Origin: an uncultured Clostridium sp.
GTDB taxonomy: Bacteria; Bacillota; Clostridia; Lachnospirales; Lachnospiraceae
Assembly: GCA_947253885.1 (NCBI GenBank)
Contig: CAMYAO010000002.1
Location: forward strand, 25,143 to 89,142
DNA length: 64,000 nucleotides
Direction of reading: 5' to 3'
Numbering within the stretch: position 1 is the stretch's first letter; each line of letters begins with the position of its first letter. This document shows, piece by piece, positions 1 through 10,846 of this stretch. Below the pieces are notes generated by a model. The model did not search any database. It saw only the letters and a list, made by a program, of their open reading frames with translations, and was not told where the DNA came from. Position numbers and translations under genes: made by a program.

Positions 1-503
1 AAAAAATCCGTGCTGGTCGTAATCATCATTACACCATATACGTCCTTGGATCCGTTTTGATAGATGGGAATCGCCACCTGAATATATTTTTTTTGTAAAT
101 CGTAATTTTTAATTTCTACTTCTTTATCCTGTGTTCTATACGCCTTATTGATCGATTCCGAGATATAGATTTTTCCGGTATCTCTTGCATAAGTATCCTT
201 CACTACCTCGAAAGAAGAATTAACCAAAATAATACGTCCGTCATAGATCGCTGCCAACTGGTCCAGTTCTGCTTGAATCGAATTTGAGGACGTATCATTT
301 ATAAAATCATTCTTTGTAATCTGAGCGGAGAGCAACTTCATTTGACTTGTTATACTGGAAATCCTCTCCTGCACAAGATTTCTTTCGTAAGTGTGTAAAA
401 TAACCATACGAACCGCAACACTGGGAACAATACCGAACAGCAGTAAAAATAAAAATATACGAAACCTTAAACTTTTAAAATAACTTCTGATTGTTTCAAA
501 CAT
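1..503 (-). CDS. Sensor histidine kinase, N-terminal part; partial, the gene continues past the window start
   Basis: Minus-strand ORF starting at the ATG complementary to 501-503 (MFETIRSYFKSLRFRIFLFLLLFGIVPS..., hydrophobic N-terminal TM segment). It runs off the window edge 12 nt downstream of an OmpR-type response regulator, the typical RR-HK arrangement. It is missing from the ORF track because it has no in-window stop. Confidence 0.5.
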   Translation of the reverse strand, partial: MFETIRSYFKSLRFRIFLFLLLFGIVPSVAVRMVILHTYERNLVQERISSITSQMKLLSAQITKNDFINDTSSNSIQAELDQLAAIYDGRIILVNSSFEVVKDTYARDTGKIYISESINKAYRTQDKEVEIKNYDLQKKYIQVAIPIYQNGSKDVYGVMMITTSTDF

Positions 504-515
504 AGTATAAGCTTC

Positions 516-1208
516 CTAAATCGAGCGGTAATAATAACCTACTCCCCATTTCGTATGTACATATTTCGGTTCACTCGGATTCGGTTCCACCTTTTCACGC
601 AATCTTCGCACATGGACATCAACGGTGCGCAGATCTCCCGGATATTCATATCCCCATACCATTTCTAAAAGCTGATTTCTGGTAAAGACCTTGTTTGGAT
701 TTTTTACCAGCAATTCCATCAAATCAAATTCTTTTGCAGTTAATGAAATCTCATTTCCAGACAAAAAAAGTCTTCTGCTTTCCAGATCAATCTTAACATC
801 TCCGTCTTCAATCACATTGGAAGTGTCTTCTGTTGTGTTATGACGACTGGTTCGTCTCATAATCGTCTTTATTCTGGCCTTTACCTCTAAAATATTAAAC
901 GGCTTTGTAATGTAATCATCTGCTCCGTACTCGAGACCCATGATTTTGTCCATGTCCTCTCCTTTTGCAGTCAGCATAATAATCGGCACATCCGAAAACT
1001 CCCGAATCATCTGGCAAACGGTCAACCCATCCATCTTTGGCAGCATCAAATCCAACAAAATCATATCATATTCATTATTTCGCGCTTTTTCTAAAGCTTC
1101 CTCTCCATCGTATGCAGTATCCACTTCCATACCATCCTGGACCAAAGAAAAATGTATTCCCTTTACGATGAGCTTTTCATCATCCACTACCAAGACTTTC
1201 TTCGCCAT
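516..1208 (-). CDS. OmpR/PhoB-family two-component response regulator (receiver + winged-helix)
   Basis: Receiver-domain signature (VLVVDDE...D...MLTA.GE) and a C-terminal winged helix (LTAKEFDLMELL...GYEY). The true start is probably the Met of MAKKVLVV (1208): GAGGTG lies 4 nt upstream, and the ORF-track start at 1220 sits inside this RBS. Confidence 0.85.
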   Translation of the reverse strand: MAKKVLVVDDEKLIVKGIHFSLVQDGMEVDTAYDGEEALEKARNNEYDMILLDLMLPKMDGLTVCQMIREFSDVPIIMLTAKGEDMDKIMGLEYGADDYITKPFNILEVKARIKTIMRRTSRHNTTEDTSNVIEDGDVKIDLESRRLFLSGNEISLTAKEFDLMELLVKNPNKVFTRNQLLEMVWGYEYPGDLRTVDVHVRRLREKVEPNPSEPKYVHTKWGVGYYYRSI

Positions 1209-1233
1209 GTCACACCTCATTTATTGTATTCTG

Positions 1234-1812
1234 CTAATTTACAACAATCTGACTTTTAAACTTATTATAGGTTCCTTCTTTGATGCCAGGAACTCTCGTA
1301 ATATCTTCTATATTATGAAAACGTCCGTTCTTTTTTCTATATTCGATAATAGCCGATGCCCTCGTCGCACCGATTCCGGTAAGTCCCATCAGTTGCTCTT
1401 TTCCCGCCTGATTTAAATCTATCTTTCCGGATGTCTCTGCAGACGGATCAGATAAAGATTGAGTCCGATCCGCTTTACGCTCCTTCTTCGGAAAATGAAT
1501 CTTTTGTCCATCTGTCAAAATCTGAGCTAGATTAACGGCGTTTCGTGAGGCCTCCTTTGAAAAGCCCCCCGCTTTTTTCAACAAGTGGCAGATCCTGTCC
1601 TGCTCCTTTAACTGATATACGCCCGGATGCCTTACCGCTCCACACGCATATACATAGATCGTTTTGTCCTGTTTCTTCGGTTGTTCGGTCTGTAAAGGAC
1701 AGCTTTCTGTTCTGCTGCCGGACACAACGACATCTTTTTTCTTGGCACCGCAAGATGTGATCAGAAAAAAGCATAATAAGATATAAGTTAGATATTTTAT
1801 TTTTTGAAACAT
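1234..1812 (-). CDS. comEA: ComEA-like DNA-binding competence protein (lipoprotein signal, SLBB-like region, C-terminal tandem helix-hairpin-helix)
   Basis: N-terminal signal with lipobox LITSC. C-terminal IDLNQAGKEQLMGLTGIGATRASAIIEYRKKNGRF..IEDITRVPGI is the ComEA HhH signature. AAGGAG RBS 6 nt upstream of the ATG. Confidence 0.7.
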   Translation of the reverse strand: MFQKIKYLTYILLCFFLITSCGAKKKDVVVSGSRTESCPLQTEQPKKQDKTIYVYACGAVRHPGVYQLKEQDRICHLLKKAGGFSKEASRNAVNLAQILTDGQKIHFPKKERKADRTQSLSDPSAETSGKIDLNQAGKEQLMGLTGIGATRASAIIEYRKKNGRFHNIEDITRVPGIKEGTYNKFKSQIVVN

Positions 1813-1903
1813 ATTTCTCCTTTAGCAAAAGCTAAAAGATTCCCTTAATGTTACTAACTATTCTATACAACTTCAAAACAATTAACAAGTGATATCCGAA
1901 ACA

Positions 1904-3094
1904 TTATCTAAAAATCTCATCTAGTATCCGAAACATATCCTCCACTTCTTTTTCCTCTATAATTAAAGGCGGAACAAAACGCAGCACATTACTGCCTGCC
2001 GATATTACAATTAAACCTCTGTCTAATGCCTGTCTCACTACATCGCTGACCGGTACAGTTAAAACCAAACCCTGAATCAGACCCTTTCCCCGTCTCTGTG
2101 TAATCTTATCCGGATGTTTTTGTTGCAGTTCGTCCAACTTTTGTTCTAAATATGGTGCAATTTCTTTTACGTGCTCTACAATCCGTTCTGTTTTAAAAAT
2201 AGTATGTACTGCCTCAACCGCTGCTCCGACCAAAGGATTTCCTCCATAAGTGGTTCCATGGTCTCCCGGAAGCAGTGATTTTTGTGCTATTTTTTCCGTC
2301 ATTAAAAATGCTCCGACCGGAAGACCGTTTCCAAGTGCTTTTGCGACAGTCATAATGTCCGGCTTTACCCCGTATTCCTGCCATGCATACATATAACCGC
2401 TTCGTCCCATTCCACACTGTATCTCATCCAGGATCATACAAATATCATGCTCGTTACATAGCGTCCTGATCCCCTTTAAAAATTCTTCCGTTGCAGGATA
2501 GATTCCACCTTCTCCCTGAATTGTTTCCAGAATAATTCCACAGGTTTTCTCCGTAATCAGAGATTTTACAGATTCCAGATTGTTAAATTCTGCAAACACC
2601 ACTCCGGGCATCAACGGCTCAAACGGATCTTGATAATGAGAATTACCAGTAACCGACAAAGCCCCGATGCTCCTCCCATGAAAAGAGTGCTTCATCGCTA
2701 TTATTTCGTGTCCACTATGACCGTCTCTGGTAAATGCGTATTTTTTTGCCGCTTTTATTGCGCCCTCTATTGCCTCCGTTCCCGAATTTGTAAAAAAAAC
2801 ACGATCCATTTCCGCTGCTTCCTTTACCAGTTCAGAAGCGGTAATAATCGGTGGATTATAAAACAAATTCGATGTGTGTAGCAATTTCTGAATCTGCCGC
2901 TCCAATGCATCGGTATAGACCGGATGATGATACCCCAATGCCGTTACTGCTATCCCTGCTGCAAAATCCAGATATTTTTTTCCATCTGTATCGTACAGAT
3001 AAACCCCTTCTCCTTTTTCTAATACGGCCGGAAACCGATTATATGTATGAAGCAAATTTGATTCCGCCTGATCCATATAGCTCTGTTTATTCAT
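1904..3094 (-). CDS. argD: Acetylornithine aminotransferase (class III PLP aminotransferase)
   Basis: Class III aminotransferase motifs and length; last gene of the argCJBD cluster. Start set at MNKQSY (3094), which has AAGGAAGG 10 nt upstream. The ORF-track M at 3118 lies within that RBS. Confidence 0.85.
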   Translation of the reverse strand: MNKQSYMDQAESNLLHTYNRFPAVLEKGEGVYLYDTDGKKYLDFAAGIAVTALGYHHPVYTDALERQIQKLLHTSNLFYNPPIITASELVKEAAEMDRVFFTNSGTEAIEGAIKAAKKYAFTRDGHSGHEIIAMKHSFHGRSIGALSVTGNSHYQDPFEPLMPGVVFAEFNNLESVKSLITEKTCGIILETIQGEGGIYPATEEFLKGIRTLCNEHDICMILDEIQCGMGRSGYMYAWQEYGVKPDIMTVAKALGNGLPVGAFLMTEKIAQKSLLPGDHGTTYGGNPLVGAAVEAVHTIFKTERIVEHVKEIAPYLEQKLDELQQKHPDKITQRRGKGLIQGLVLTVPVSDVVRQALDRGLIVISAGSNVLRFVPPLIIEEKEVEDMFRILDEIFR

Positions 3095-3980
3095 GATAAT
3101 ATCTGCCTTCCTTTTCATTTAAAATAGCGGTTCCGATTCCCTTATTAGTAAAAATTTCCAACAACAGACAATGTGGAATTCTTCCATCCAGAATATGAAC
3201 ACGATTCACTCCATTTTCAATTGCTTCAATACAATTTTGAAGTTTTGGAAGCATTCCTCCACCGATTGAACCGGAAGAAAGCAAATCTCTTGCTTCCTGA
3301 TTAGTCAGTTCCGATATTAAACTTGCGGGATCTTTCGGATCACGATAAACACCCTCTATGTCTGATAAAAATGCCAGTTTTTCAGCCTCAACTGCACGTG
3401 CAATCGCACAGGCGGCATCGTCCGCATTAATGTTATATGTTTGAAATTCATCATCCAGACCTGTCGGCGATATAATCGGCAGATAGTCATTCTCCAATAA
3501 ATCAAATAACACCTTCGGACTTACTTCTTTCACATCTCCGACAAATCCGATATCCTTTCCATCAGAATATTTTCTCTCTACTTTTAAAAGACCTCCGTCC
3601 TTTCCGCTTAAACTAATTGCATTGACTCCCAGTGCCTCCACATTGGAAACCAGATCTTTCCCGACACGACCCAATACCATTTCTACAATTTCCATTGTAT
3701 CCTTGTCTGTTTTTCGAAAACCGTTTATAAATTTCGGCTCCATGCCGAACTTTTCTACCCATTTGCTGATCTCTTTACCACCTCCATGTACAATGATCGG
3801 CTTAAATCCAACCAGCTTCAGCAAAGTGACATCCTCGATTACACTTTTTTTCAGTTCTTCATCCACCATAGCACTTCCGCCATATTTTACAACGATAATT
3901 TTTCGATTAAATCTCTGAATATACGGGAGAGCTTCAATTAATACTTCTGCTTTTTCCATAACATCTAATTGTCGTGTCAT
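3087..3980 (-). CDS. argB: Acetylglutamate kinase
   Basis: [12 protein letters not shown]... amino-acid kinase fold and length; located between argJ and argD. Confidence 0.9.
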   Translation of the reverse strand: MTRQLDVMEKAEVLIEALPYIQRFNRKIIVVKYGGSAMVDEELKKSVIEDVTLLKLVGFKPIIVHGGGKEISKWVEKFGMEPKFINGFRKTDKDTMEIVEMVLGRVGKDLVSNVEALGVNAISLSGKDGGLLKVERKYSDGKDIGFVGDVKEVSPKVLFDLLENDYLPIISPTGLDDEFQTYNINADDAACAIARAVEAEKLAFLSDIEGVYRDPKDPASLISELTNQEARDLLSSGSIGGGMLPKLQNCIEAIENGVNRVHILDGRIPHCLLLEIFTNKGIGTAILNEKEGRYYHE

Positions 3981-3997
3981 ATTAATACCTTCTTTCT

Positions 3998-5221
3998 TTA
4001 AGAACGATAGTCTGCATTGATACTTACATATTCATGGGTCAGATCACAGCCCCAGGCTACAGCACGACACTCTCCCATATGAAGGTGACAGATTGCCGTT
4101 ACCTCTTCCTCCGACAGTATAGAAGTCGCCTTTTTTTCCTCAAATGCTACTCCCTCCCCATCCTTCATAATTATAATTTCTCCTGCTTTACTTCTAAAAG
4201 TCAAATCCACTTTTCCCGGATCAAACTCCGCCCCTGAATAACCCATTGCACAGAGAATCCTCCCCCAATTTGCATCATGGCCATATATAGCCGCTTTTGT
4301 CAAATTAGAGCACACCACCGATTTTGCAATTGTCTTTGCCTGAGAAACAGAAGCGCCTCCTTCTACGATCACTTCAAACAAAGCAGTTGCCCCTTCACCA
4401 TCTCCCGCCATTTTTTTTGCAAGTGTCTCATTTACAAAATGAAGTGCCTTTTTAAAGATCTCGTAATCAGCACCTTTCTTTGTGATCTTCGTATTGCCTG
4501 CCATCCCGTTTGCCAGTAATAATACCGAATCATTTGTAGAAGTATCTCCGTCTACGGATATCATATTATAAGTATCCTTCACATCCTCTGACAGTGCCTG
4601 CTGAAGTAAGTTCTTGTCGATTGCCAGATCCGTTGTCAAAAAACTCAGCATTGTACACATATTCGGATGGATCATTCCGGACCCCTTACACATGCCGCCC
4701 AACGTCACTTGCGTTCCGTCAATCTCAAAAGATACTGCCACCTCTTTTTCCCTCGTATCCGTCGTCATAATCGCCTGCGCCGCCTCAAATGCCGCCGCCC
4801 GATCTGAACGAAGCATCGGCTTCATCTGTCTAATTCCGTTACAGATACGATCAATCGGCAGTTGCATTCCTATTACTCCGGTCGAAGCAACCAAAACAGA
4901 TCGTTGAGGAATATCCAGACATTCTCCCACCTGTTTTGCAGTTTGTCGGCAGTATTCCATTCCGACACTTCCGGTGCATGCATTTGCGATTCCGGAATTC
5001 ACAACAATCGCCTGTACATAAGGCTCTTCGGTCACAATCTCACGATCCCAAATAACCGGTGCCGCCTTAACAATATTCGTTGTAAAGGTTCCGGCCGCCA
5101 ATGCCGATACTTCACTCACAATCATTGCCATATCGCTTCTATCCTGATATTTTATCTGCGCTTCTACAGCTGCTGCAAGGAATCCCTTTGCAGCAGTCAC
5201 TCCACCTTCAATTACTCTCAT
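3998..5221 (-). CDS. argJ: Bifunctional ornithine acetyltransferase / N-acetylglutamate synthase
   Basis: ArgJ family with the self-cleavage region ...ATML... Start set at MRVIEGG (5221), preceded by GAAGGAGG 8 nt upstream. Confidence 0.9.
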   Translation of the reverse strand: MRVIEGGVTAAKGFLAAAVEAQIKYQDRSDMAMIVSEVSALAAGTFTTNIVKAAPVIWDREIVTEEPYVQAIVVNSGIANACTGSVGMEYCRQTAKQVGECLDIPQRSVLVASTGVIGMQLPIDRICNGIRQMKPMLRSDRAAAFEAAQAIMTTDTREKEVAVSFEIDGTQVTLGGMCKGSGMIHPNMCTMLSFLTTDLAIDKNLLQQALSEDVKDTYNMISVDGDTSTNDSVLLLANGMAGNTKITKKGADYEIFKKALHFVNETLAKKMAGDGEGATALFEVIVEGGASVSQAKTIAKSVVCSNLTKAAIYGHDANWGRILCAMGYSGAEFDPGKVDLTFRSKAGEIIIMKDGEGVAFEEKKATSILSEEEVTAICHLHMGECRAVAWGCDLTHEYVSINADYRS

Positions 5222-5222
5222 T

Positions 5223-5684
5223 TTAATGACCTCCTTCATTGATTGTTACAACATTATCGCAATTCAAAGTATACTCATAATGATTTAAATCATTTCGTCT
5301 GATCCAACCCAAATCCTGCCAAAAGGAATTTCCCAATTTATTATATTCAAAGGCAACAAGACTGACCTTTGAGATTTCCTCCCTTTTCATAGCAGATAAT
5401 GCCAGATCCGTCATTTTGTTTCCTATCCCTTGATTTCGATACTCAGGATTGACACAGACGTGATAAAAACATCCTCTTCTTCCGTCATGGCCGCACAGAA
5501 TACTTCCCACAATCTCTCCATCCTGTTGTGCTACAACACTCATTTCAGGATTTCTCTTTAAAAATCGCTCGATTCCCTGTTTCGAATCATCCAGACTTCT
5601 TATTGCAAAACCCTGTATTGTCAACCATAAGTGATAACACTTCTCATAATCCTCTATTTCCATAAAACGCACTGTAACTTCCAT
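5223..5684 (-). CDS. GNAT-family N-acetyltransferase embedded in the arg operon (candidate short-form N-acetylglutamate synthase)
   Basis: GNAT acetyl-CoA motif (...VNPEYRNQGIGNKM...). Tightly packed between argC (stop 5707) and argJ (start 5221). Start set at MEVTVRF (5684), 9 nt after AGGAG. Confidence 0.6.
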   Translation of the reverse strand: MEVTVRFMEIEDYEKCYHLWLTIQGFAIRSLDDSKQGIERFLKRNPEMSVVAQQDGEIVGSILCGHDGRRGCFYHVCVNPEYRNQGIGNKMTDLALSAMKREEISKVSLVAFEYNKLGNSFWQDLGWIRRNDLNHYEYTLNCDNVVTINEGGH

Positions 5685-5706
5685 AACTCTCATCTCCTAA
5701 AACTCT

Positions 5707-6762
5707 CTACGGAAACATCGGAGTTGCGGTCAATCCTTTCTGCTCTTCTATTCCGAATAAAATATTCATATTCTGCACCGCTTGTCCTGCCGCTCCTTTT
5801 ACCAGATTATCCAAAGCTCCCATCGCAATTACACGGTGTGTTCTTTCATCCAGCTGATATCCGATATCTACAAAATTACTTCCTTCCACAAATCTCGTTT
5901 CAGGTGGAAGTCCGTAAGGAAGCAGCCGTATAAAATACTCATTCCCGTAATATTTTGCATATATCTTCTGTAAATCCTCCTGTGTAGGATACACTCCGTT
6001 TTTTTGTTTTTTTAAGTCTGCATATGCCGTTACAAGGATTCCCCTATTCATCGGCACTAAGTGCGGCGTGAAATTTATAGCAAAAGATGCTCCGCAGGCA
6101 TACCCCAATTGTTCCTCAATCTCAGGTGTATGACGATGTGTTGCCACTCCGTATGCCTTCATATTTTCATTTACTTCACAAAACAGATTTCCGACTTTGG
6201 CACTGCGTCCCGCTCCTGATGTTCCTGATTTTGCATCTATTATAATGGACTTTTCTTCTATCAAGCCCTCTTTTACAAGCGGATATAAGGTTAAGATGGA
6301 ACATGTCGTATAACACCCCGGATTGGCGACCAATCTTGCATGAACTGTTTGATCTCTGTTGATTTCGCATAATCCATAAACTGCTTCTTTGATAAACTGA
6401 GGAGATTTATGGATGATCTTATACCATTTTTCATATACCAATACCTTTTTTATACGAAAATCTGCACTAAGGTCAATCACTTTTGTCTTGTTCAAAATTT
6501 CATCTGTTAAAATTCCGGACAAATACCCCTGCGGAGTTGCCGTAAATATTACATCAACCTGATCACATAAATCGGAAAGTTCCTCACCTGTACAATTCAG
6601 ATCCACTATCCGGAAAAAATTCCTATATAAATCTGTATAAGGCTGATCCGGATTGCTTCTGGAGCCGACCCATACCAACTCCACCTCAGGGTGTCCTGTT
6701 AATAATCTTACCAATTCCGCACCCGCATATCCGGTTGCTCCAACTACTCCTACTTTTACCAT
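5707..6762 (-). CDS. argC: N-acetyl-gamma-glutamyl-phosphate reductase
   Basis: MVKVGVVGATGYAGAELVRLL NAD(P)-binding N-terminus with a catalytic Cys region (PGCYTT); AAGGAG RBS. Confidence 0.9.
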   Translation of the reverse strand: MVKVGVVGATGYAGAELVRLLTGHPEVELVWVGSRSNPDQPYTDLYRNFFRIVDLNCTGEELSDLCDQVDVIFTATPQGYLSGILTDEILNKTKVIDLSADFRIKKVLVYEKWYKIIHKSPQFIKEAVYGLCEINRDQTVHARLVANPGCYTTCSILTLYPLVKEGLIEEKSIIIDAKSGTSGAGRSAKVGNLFCEVNENMKAYGVATHRHTPEIEEQLGYACGASFAINFTPHLVPMNRGILVTAYADLKKQKNGVYPTQEDLQKIYAKYYGNEYFIRLLPYGLPPETRFVEGSNFVDIGYQLDERTHRVIAMGALDNLVKGAAGQAVQNMNILFGIEEQKGLTATPMFP

Positions 6763-6794
6763 ATCTGCTCCTTCTTATACATAACACAGAAATA

Positions 6795-6935
6795 AAGTGA
6801 ATATTTATAATAATATTAATATATTAATGCATACTATACCACATCTCTTTTTAATATAAAACCATGTTTTACAACGTTTTATTCAATTCGTCGCCTTATA
6901 CAAAATCATGTTTTTTTATTCTTAATATATGTATA
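6795..6935. promoter_or_regulatory. Putative ArgR/AhrC operator region (ARG-box-like AT-rich palindromes) in the argC/argG divergent control region
   Basis: TGAATATTTATAATAATA and TTAATATATTAATGCATA at 6798-6832, plus CATGTTTTTTTATTCTTAATATATGTATA at 6906-6935. These resemble the TGAAT-N4-ATTCA / CATGAATAAAAATKCAAK ARG-box half-sites and overlap the predicted -10/TSS of argC. This is pattern-based only. Confidence 0.3.
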
Positions 6936-6944
6936 TTTTTTCAC

Positions 6945-6973
6945 TTGTATCCATTTTTTCATTGTAGTATCAT
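6945..6973 (+). promoter_or_regulatory. Putative sigma-A promoter for argG (TTGTAT-17-TATCAT)
   Basis: -35 TTGTAT at 6945-6950, 17-nt spacer, -10 TATCAT at 6968-6973, about 40 nt upstream of the argG ATG. Confidence 0.35.
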
Positions 6974-7014
6974 AGTATCAGTACAAAAGTTCAAATTAGG
7001 AAAGGATTTTTATT

Positions 7015-8232
7015 ATGAAAGAAAAAGTAGTTCTTGCATACTCCGGTGGATTAGATACAACTGCTATCATCCCTTGGTTAAAAGAAAATTATGATTACGA
7101 TGTTATTTGCTGTTGTGTAGACTGTGGACAAGAAGAAGAATTGGACGGCTTAGAGGAACGTGCGAAATATTCCGGAGCCGAAAAACTTTATATCGTGGAT
7201 ATTAATGATGAGTTTGCAGACGACTATATCGTTCCTTGTGTACAGGCCGGATCTGTATATGAGAATAAATATTTATTAGGAACTTCCATGGCTCGTCCCG
7301 GTATTGCAAAGGCACTTGTCGACGTTGCTAAAAAAGAGGGAGCGGTTGCAATCTGCCACGGTGCTACCGGAAAAGGAAACGACCAGATTCGTTTTGAGTT
7401 GGGAATCAAAGCACTGGCTCCTGAAATGAAAATTATCGCCGCATGGCGTGATGACAAGTGGACTCTTCAATCACGTGAAGATGAAATTGCTTATTGCAAG
7501 CAACACGGGATTGATCTTCCGTTTCAGGCAGAACAATCCTACAGTCGTGATCGAAACCTCTGGCATATCAGCCATGAAGGATTGGAATTGGAAGATCCTG
7601 CCGTAGAACCGAACTACGATCATCTTCTCATGTTAGGGGTCAGCCCCGAAAAAGCTCCCGATCATGGAGAATACGTTTCCATGACATTTGAAGCGGGTGT
7701 TCCGAAAACAATTAACGGTAAAGCGATGAAAGTTTCCGATATTATCCGTGAACTGAATAAGCTCGGCGGAAAACACGGAATCGGAATTATCGATATTGTA
7801 GAAAACCGTGTAGTCGGCATGAAATCCCGCGGTGTCTATGAAACACCGGGAGGAACTATTTTAATGGAAGCACACAACCAACTGGAAGAATTGGTACTGG
7901 ATCGTGCTACAATGGAAGTAAAAAAAGATCTGGCAAATAAATTTGCACAGATCGTATATGAAGGGAAATGGTTTACACCATTGCGTGAGGCTGTTCAGGC
8001 ATTTATTGAAAGCACTCAGCAATATGTAACCGGTGAAGTGAAATTCAAACTTTATAAAGGAAATATTATCAAGGCAGGAACCACCTCTCCATATTCTCTT
8101 TACAGTGAATCACTTGCAAGCTTCACAACAGGAGATCTGTATGATCATCATGATGCGGAAGGATTTATTACATTATTCGGACTTCCTCTGAAAGTTCGCG
8201 CCATGAAAATGAAAGAAGTAAATAAAGACTAA
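7015..8232 (+). CDS. argG: Argininosuccinate synthase
   Basis: AYSGGLDTT PP-loop; full-length ArgG. Confidence 0.9.
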   Translation: MKEKVVLAYSGGLDTTAIIPWLKENYDYDVICCCVDCGQEEELDGLEERAKYSGAEKLYIVDINDEFADDYIVPCVQAGSVYENKYLLGTSMARPGIAKALVDVAKKEGAVAICHGATGKGNDQIRFELGIKALAPEMKIIAAWRDDKWTLQSREDEIAYCKQHGIDLPFQAEQSYSRDRNLWHISHEGLELEDPAVEPNYDHLLMLGVSPEKAPDHGEYVSMTFEAGVPKTINGKAMKVSDIIRELNKLGGKHGIGIIDIVENRVVGMKSRGVYETPGGTILMEAHNQLEELVLDRATMEVKKDLANKFAQIVYEGKWFTPLREAVQAFIESTQQYVTGEVKFKLYKGNIIKAGTTSPYSLYSESLASFTTGDLYDHHDAEGFITLFGLPLKVRAMKMKEVNKD

Positions 8233-8241
8233 TCTATAGAT

Positions 8242-8286
8242 AAAAAGAAGACCGCTCTGCTTTTTAAGCGTTGCGGCCTTCTTTTT
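8242..8286. terminator. Bidirectional rho-independent terminator between argG (+) and glnS (-)
   Basis: AAAAAGAAGACCGC...GCGGCCTTCTTTTT: GC-rich stem with one mismatch, with an A-run on one side and a T-run on the other. Confidence 0.5.
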
Positions 8287-8289
8287 ATC

Positions 8290-9972
8290 TTACTTCGGCA
8301 ATTTAAAAGAACTCTTAAGCGATACAATCCGATTAAACACCAAACAATCTTTTCTACTGTCTTTGCTGTCCACACAGAAGAAACCGTTTCTTACAAACTG
8401 AAAACTGTCGTACGCCTCAGCTTTACTCAACTCCGGCTCCACATAACAGTGATCAATAACGGTTAGAGAGTTCGGATTCAGATTGAGAGAACCGTCCTCA
8501 TTATAAACTCCCTTTTCTTCGTCTATGATATTCTCATAAAGACGTGCCTCTGCCGTAATTGCAGTCTCGCAGTTTACCCAGTGAATCGTTCCTCTTACTT
8601 TACGTCCATCCAGGCTGTTTCCCCCTCTGCTTTGCGGATCATATGTTGCGTGTACAATAGTAATATTTCCATCTTCATCTTTTTCAAATCCGGTACATGT
8701 CACAAAATATGCATTCATAAGACGGACTTCATTTCCAGGGAAAAGCCTTCTGTACTTCTTAGGAGGTTCCTCCATAAAATCTTCTCTTTCAATCCATACC
8801 TCTCGAGAAAACGGAACTGTTCGGACACCCAATTCCTCATTTTCCACATTGTTTGCAACTTCCAGCTGCTCTGTCTGACCTTCCGGATAATTATCTATCA
8901 CAAGTTTGATAGGATCCAATACAGCCATTACGCGACTCGCCTTCGGCTTCAGATCCTCTCGTATACAATACTCCAGCATTGCATAATCTACAGATGAGTT
9001 AGACTTTGAAATACCGCACAGGTCTACAAACAGCTTTAGAGAAGACGGTGTAAATCCTCTTCTTCTGAGTGCTGCAATCGATACCAGACGGGGATCATCC
9101 CAGCCGTCCACAATTTTGTCTTCTACCAGTTTTTTAATGTAGCGTTTTCCCGTAATTACATTGGTAAGATACAACTTGGCAAACTCTATCTGTTGCGGTG
9201 GATTCGGATATTCCAACTCTCTTACCACCCAATCGTACAACGGCCTATGATCCTCAAACTCCAAAGTACAGATGGAATGTGTAATCCCCTCAATTGCATC
9301 TTCAATCGGATGTGCAAAGTCATACATAGGATAAATGCACCACTTATCTCCGGTTCTATGATGTGTCATATGAGCCACACGATAAAGAATCGGATCTCTC
9401 ATATTGATATTAGGACTGGACATATCGATTTTGGCTCTCAAGACTCTTTTTCCATCTTCTACATTACCGGAACGCATCTCTTCGAATAATACAAGATTCT
9501 CTTCTACAGAACGCTCCCGAAACGGACTATTCTTTCCCGGTTCTTTTAAAGTCCCGCGATACGTTCTTATCTCTTCCGCAGATAGGTCGCAGACATAAGC
9601 TTTCCCTTTTTTTATCAAAAACAGAGCGGCCTCATACATCTGATCAAAATAATCAGAAGCAAAGTACAGGCGGTCTTCCCAGTCTGCTCCCAACCATTCA
9701 ATATCCGCTTTTATCGATTCTACAAATTCCTCTTTCTCCTTAGTGGGATTTGTATCATCAAATCTCATATTAAATTTTCCGCCATACTCCTGCGCTAATC
9801 CGTAATTTAATAAAATTGACTTTGCATGACCGATATGTAAATATCCGTTTGGCTCTGGCGGGAATCTGGTACAGATTTCCTTTACTTTTCCTGATTCTAA
9901 ATCTGCATCAATAATCTGCTCAATAAAATTTCGTGATACAACTTCGTTTTCCATATAATTCTCCTTGGGCAT
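8290..9972 (-). CDS. glnS: Glutaminyl-tRNA synthetase (class I)
   Basis: [12 protein letters not shown] (HIGH motif), GlnRS anticodon-binding beta-barrel region, about 560 aa. The start codon overlaps the stop of the upstream membrane-protein gene (TAATG). Confidence 0.85.
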   Translation of the reverse strand: MPKENYMENEVVSRNFIEQIIDADLESGKVKEICTRFPPEPNGYLHIGHAKSILLNYGLAQEYGGKFNMRFDDTNPTKEKEEFVESIKADIEWLGADWEDRLYFASDYFDQMYEAALFLIKKGKAYVCDLSAEEIRTYRGTLKEPGKNSPFRERSVEENLVLFEEMRSGNVEDGKRVLRAKIDMSSPNINMRDPILYRVAHMTHHRTGDKWCIYPMYDFAHPIEDAIEGITHSICTLEFEDHRPLYDWVVRELEYPNPPQQIEFAKLYLTNVITGKRYIKKLVEDKIVDGWDDPRLVSIAALRRRGFTPSSLKLFVDLCGISKSNSSVDYAMLEYCIREDLKPKASRVMAVLDPIKLVIDNYPEGQTEQLEVANNVENEELGVRTVPFSREVWIEREDFMEEPPKKYRRLFPGNEVRLMNAYFVTCTGFEKDEDGNITIVHATYDPQSRGGNSLDGRKVRGTIHWVNCETAITAEARLYENIIDEEKGVYNEDGSLNLNPNSLTVIDHCYVEPELSKAEAYDSFQFVRNGFFCVDSKDSRKDCLVFNRIVSLKSSFKLPK

Positions 9973-10805
9973 TATTTATGTGTATGTGTAAACAAATGAT
10001 CCTGACAATACTCATAGTTTCCGTTACATTTTGAGCAAAAACGGAATTCCAAATTCGGATCATCCAACTCTGTCCGACCACATACGGCACATTTATGTCT
10101 TGCAATTTTTCCGTCCTTTGTCTGATGAGTCGGTGTTATAACAATTTTCTTTTTAAAGTCTTTCTGTCTTTTGCTCCTGTAAATACCGCTGCACGATCTT
10201 CTGGTCATAAGGTAAAATATTACAAAATTCACTAACGTCGCCAAAATTGCCATTCTCCCGCTCCAATTCGTCTGAATTGCTCCACCTACGGCAAAAACTG
10301 CATATACTGCGGCAAGCCATTTCATCTTTACCGGAACCAGAAAATACAAATATACCTGTTCCTCCGGATAAGTAATTGCAAACGCCAAAAAAATAGAAAG
10401 ATTTACATAATAAGTGGAGAATGCGCCACCTGTAACATACGGCATTCCTGCAATAAAATAATATAGGAATGCAAAAATAACAGTCCAAAGAATTCCGCCA
10501 AATATAAAAACATTAAACCGGAAAGTTCCCCATGTATGCTCCAATGCCGTTCCGATTTGATAGTAAAATACCATCATAATAATAGCCCATATCAAACCGG
10601 TGGAAGGCGGAAACAGAATCCATGTCAATACTCTCCAAACCTGCCCCTGCAAGATCAGACTCGGCTCCAATGTCAGGTACGTGAGAAAGTTCGGATATAA
10701 ATATAATAATATGTATCCTATTACATATGCCCCTATTATATACTTCATCAATCCTGAAATTGCAAATCTCCCCAATTTACGCTCCCATTTATCGATAAAT
10801 TTCAT
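9972..10805 (-). CDS. Polytopic membrane protein with a C-terminal CxxC...CxxC zinc-ribbon tail; function unknown (possibly rhomboid-like, WRxxT motif)
   Basis: About 6 hydrophobic helices ([14 protein letters not shown]...). C-terminus [38 protein letters not shown] and a consensus promoter upstream. 1-nt overlap with glnS. Confidence 0.6.
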   Translation of the reverse strand: MKFIDKWERKLGRFAISGLMKYIIGAYVIGYILLYLYPNFLTYLTLEPSLILQGQVWRVLTWILFPPSTGLIWAIIMMVFYYQIGTALEHTWGTFRFNVFIFGGILWTVIFAFLYYFIAGMPYVTGGAFSTYYVNLSIFLAFAITYPEEQVYLYFLVPVKMKWLAAVYAVFAVGGAIQTNWSGRMAILATLVNFVIFYLMTRRSCSGIYRSKRQKDFKKKIVITPTHQTKDGKIARHKCAVCGRTELDDPNLEFRFCSKCNGNYEYCQDHLFTHTHK

Positions 10806-10846
10806 AGAATTTTCCTTTCTGATTTACAATTAATAGCTAAATTTTA

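Noticed and set aside
940-1416. Numerous 60-170 aa ORFs antisense to or overlapping confident genes (e.g. 940..1416+, 2630..2881+, 13397..13706-, 18141..18629-, 23681..24145+, 38662..39174+, 47220..47717+, 58757..59338+)
   Set aside because: They sit entirely inside well-supported conserved CDSs on the opposite strand or in another frame, and show low-complexity or codon-shadow composition. There is no independent support for them.
6864-7094. 76-aa ORF in the arg divergent intergenic region
   Set aside because: It lies in AT-rich promoter DNA, overlaps the argG RBS and start, has no RBS and has low-complexity F/I/L-rich content. This is typical of a spurious ORF in AT-rich sequence.
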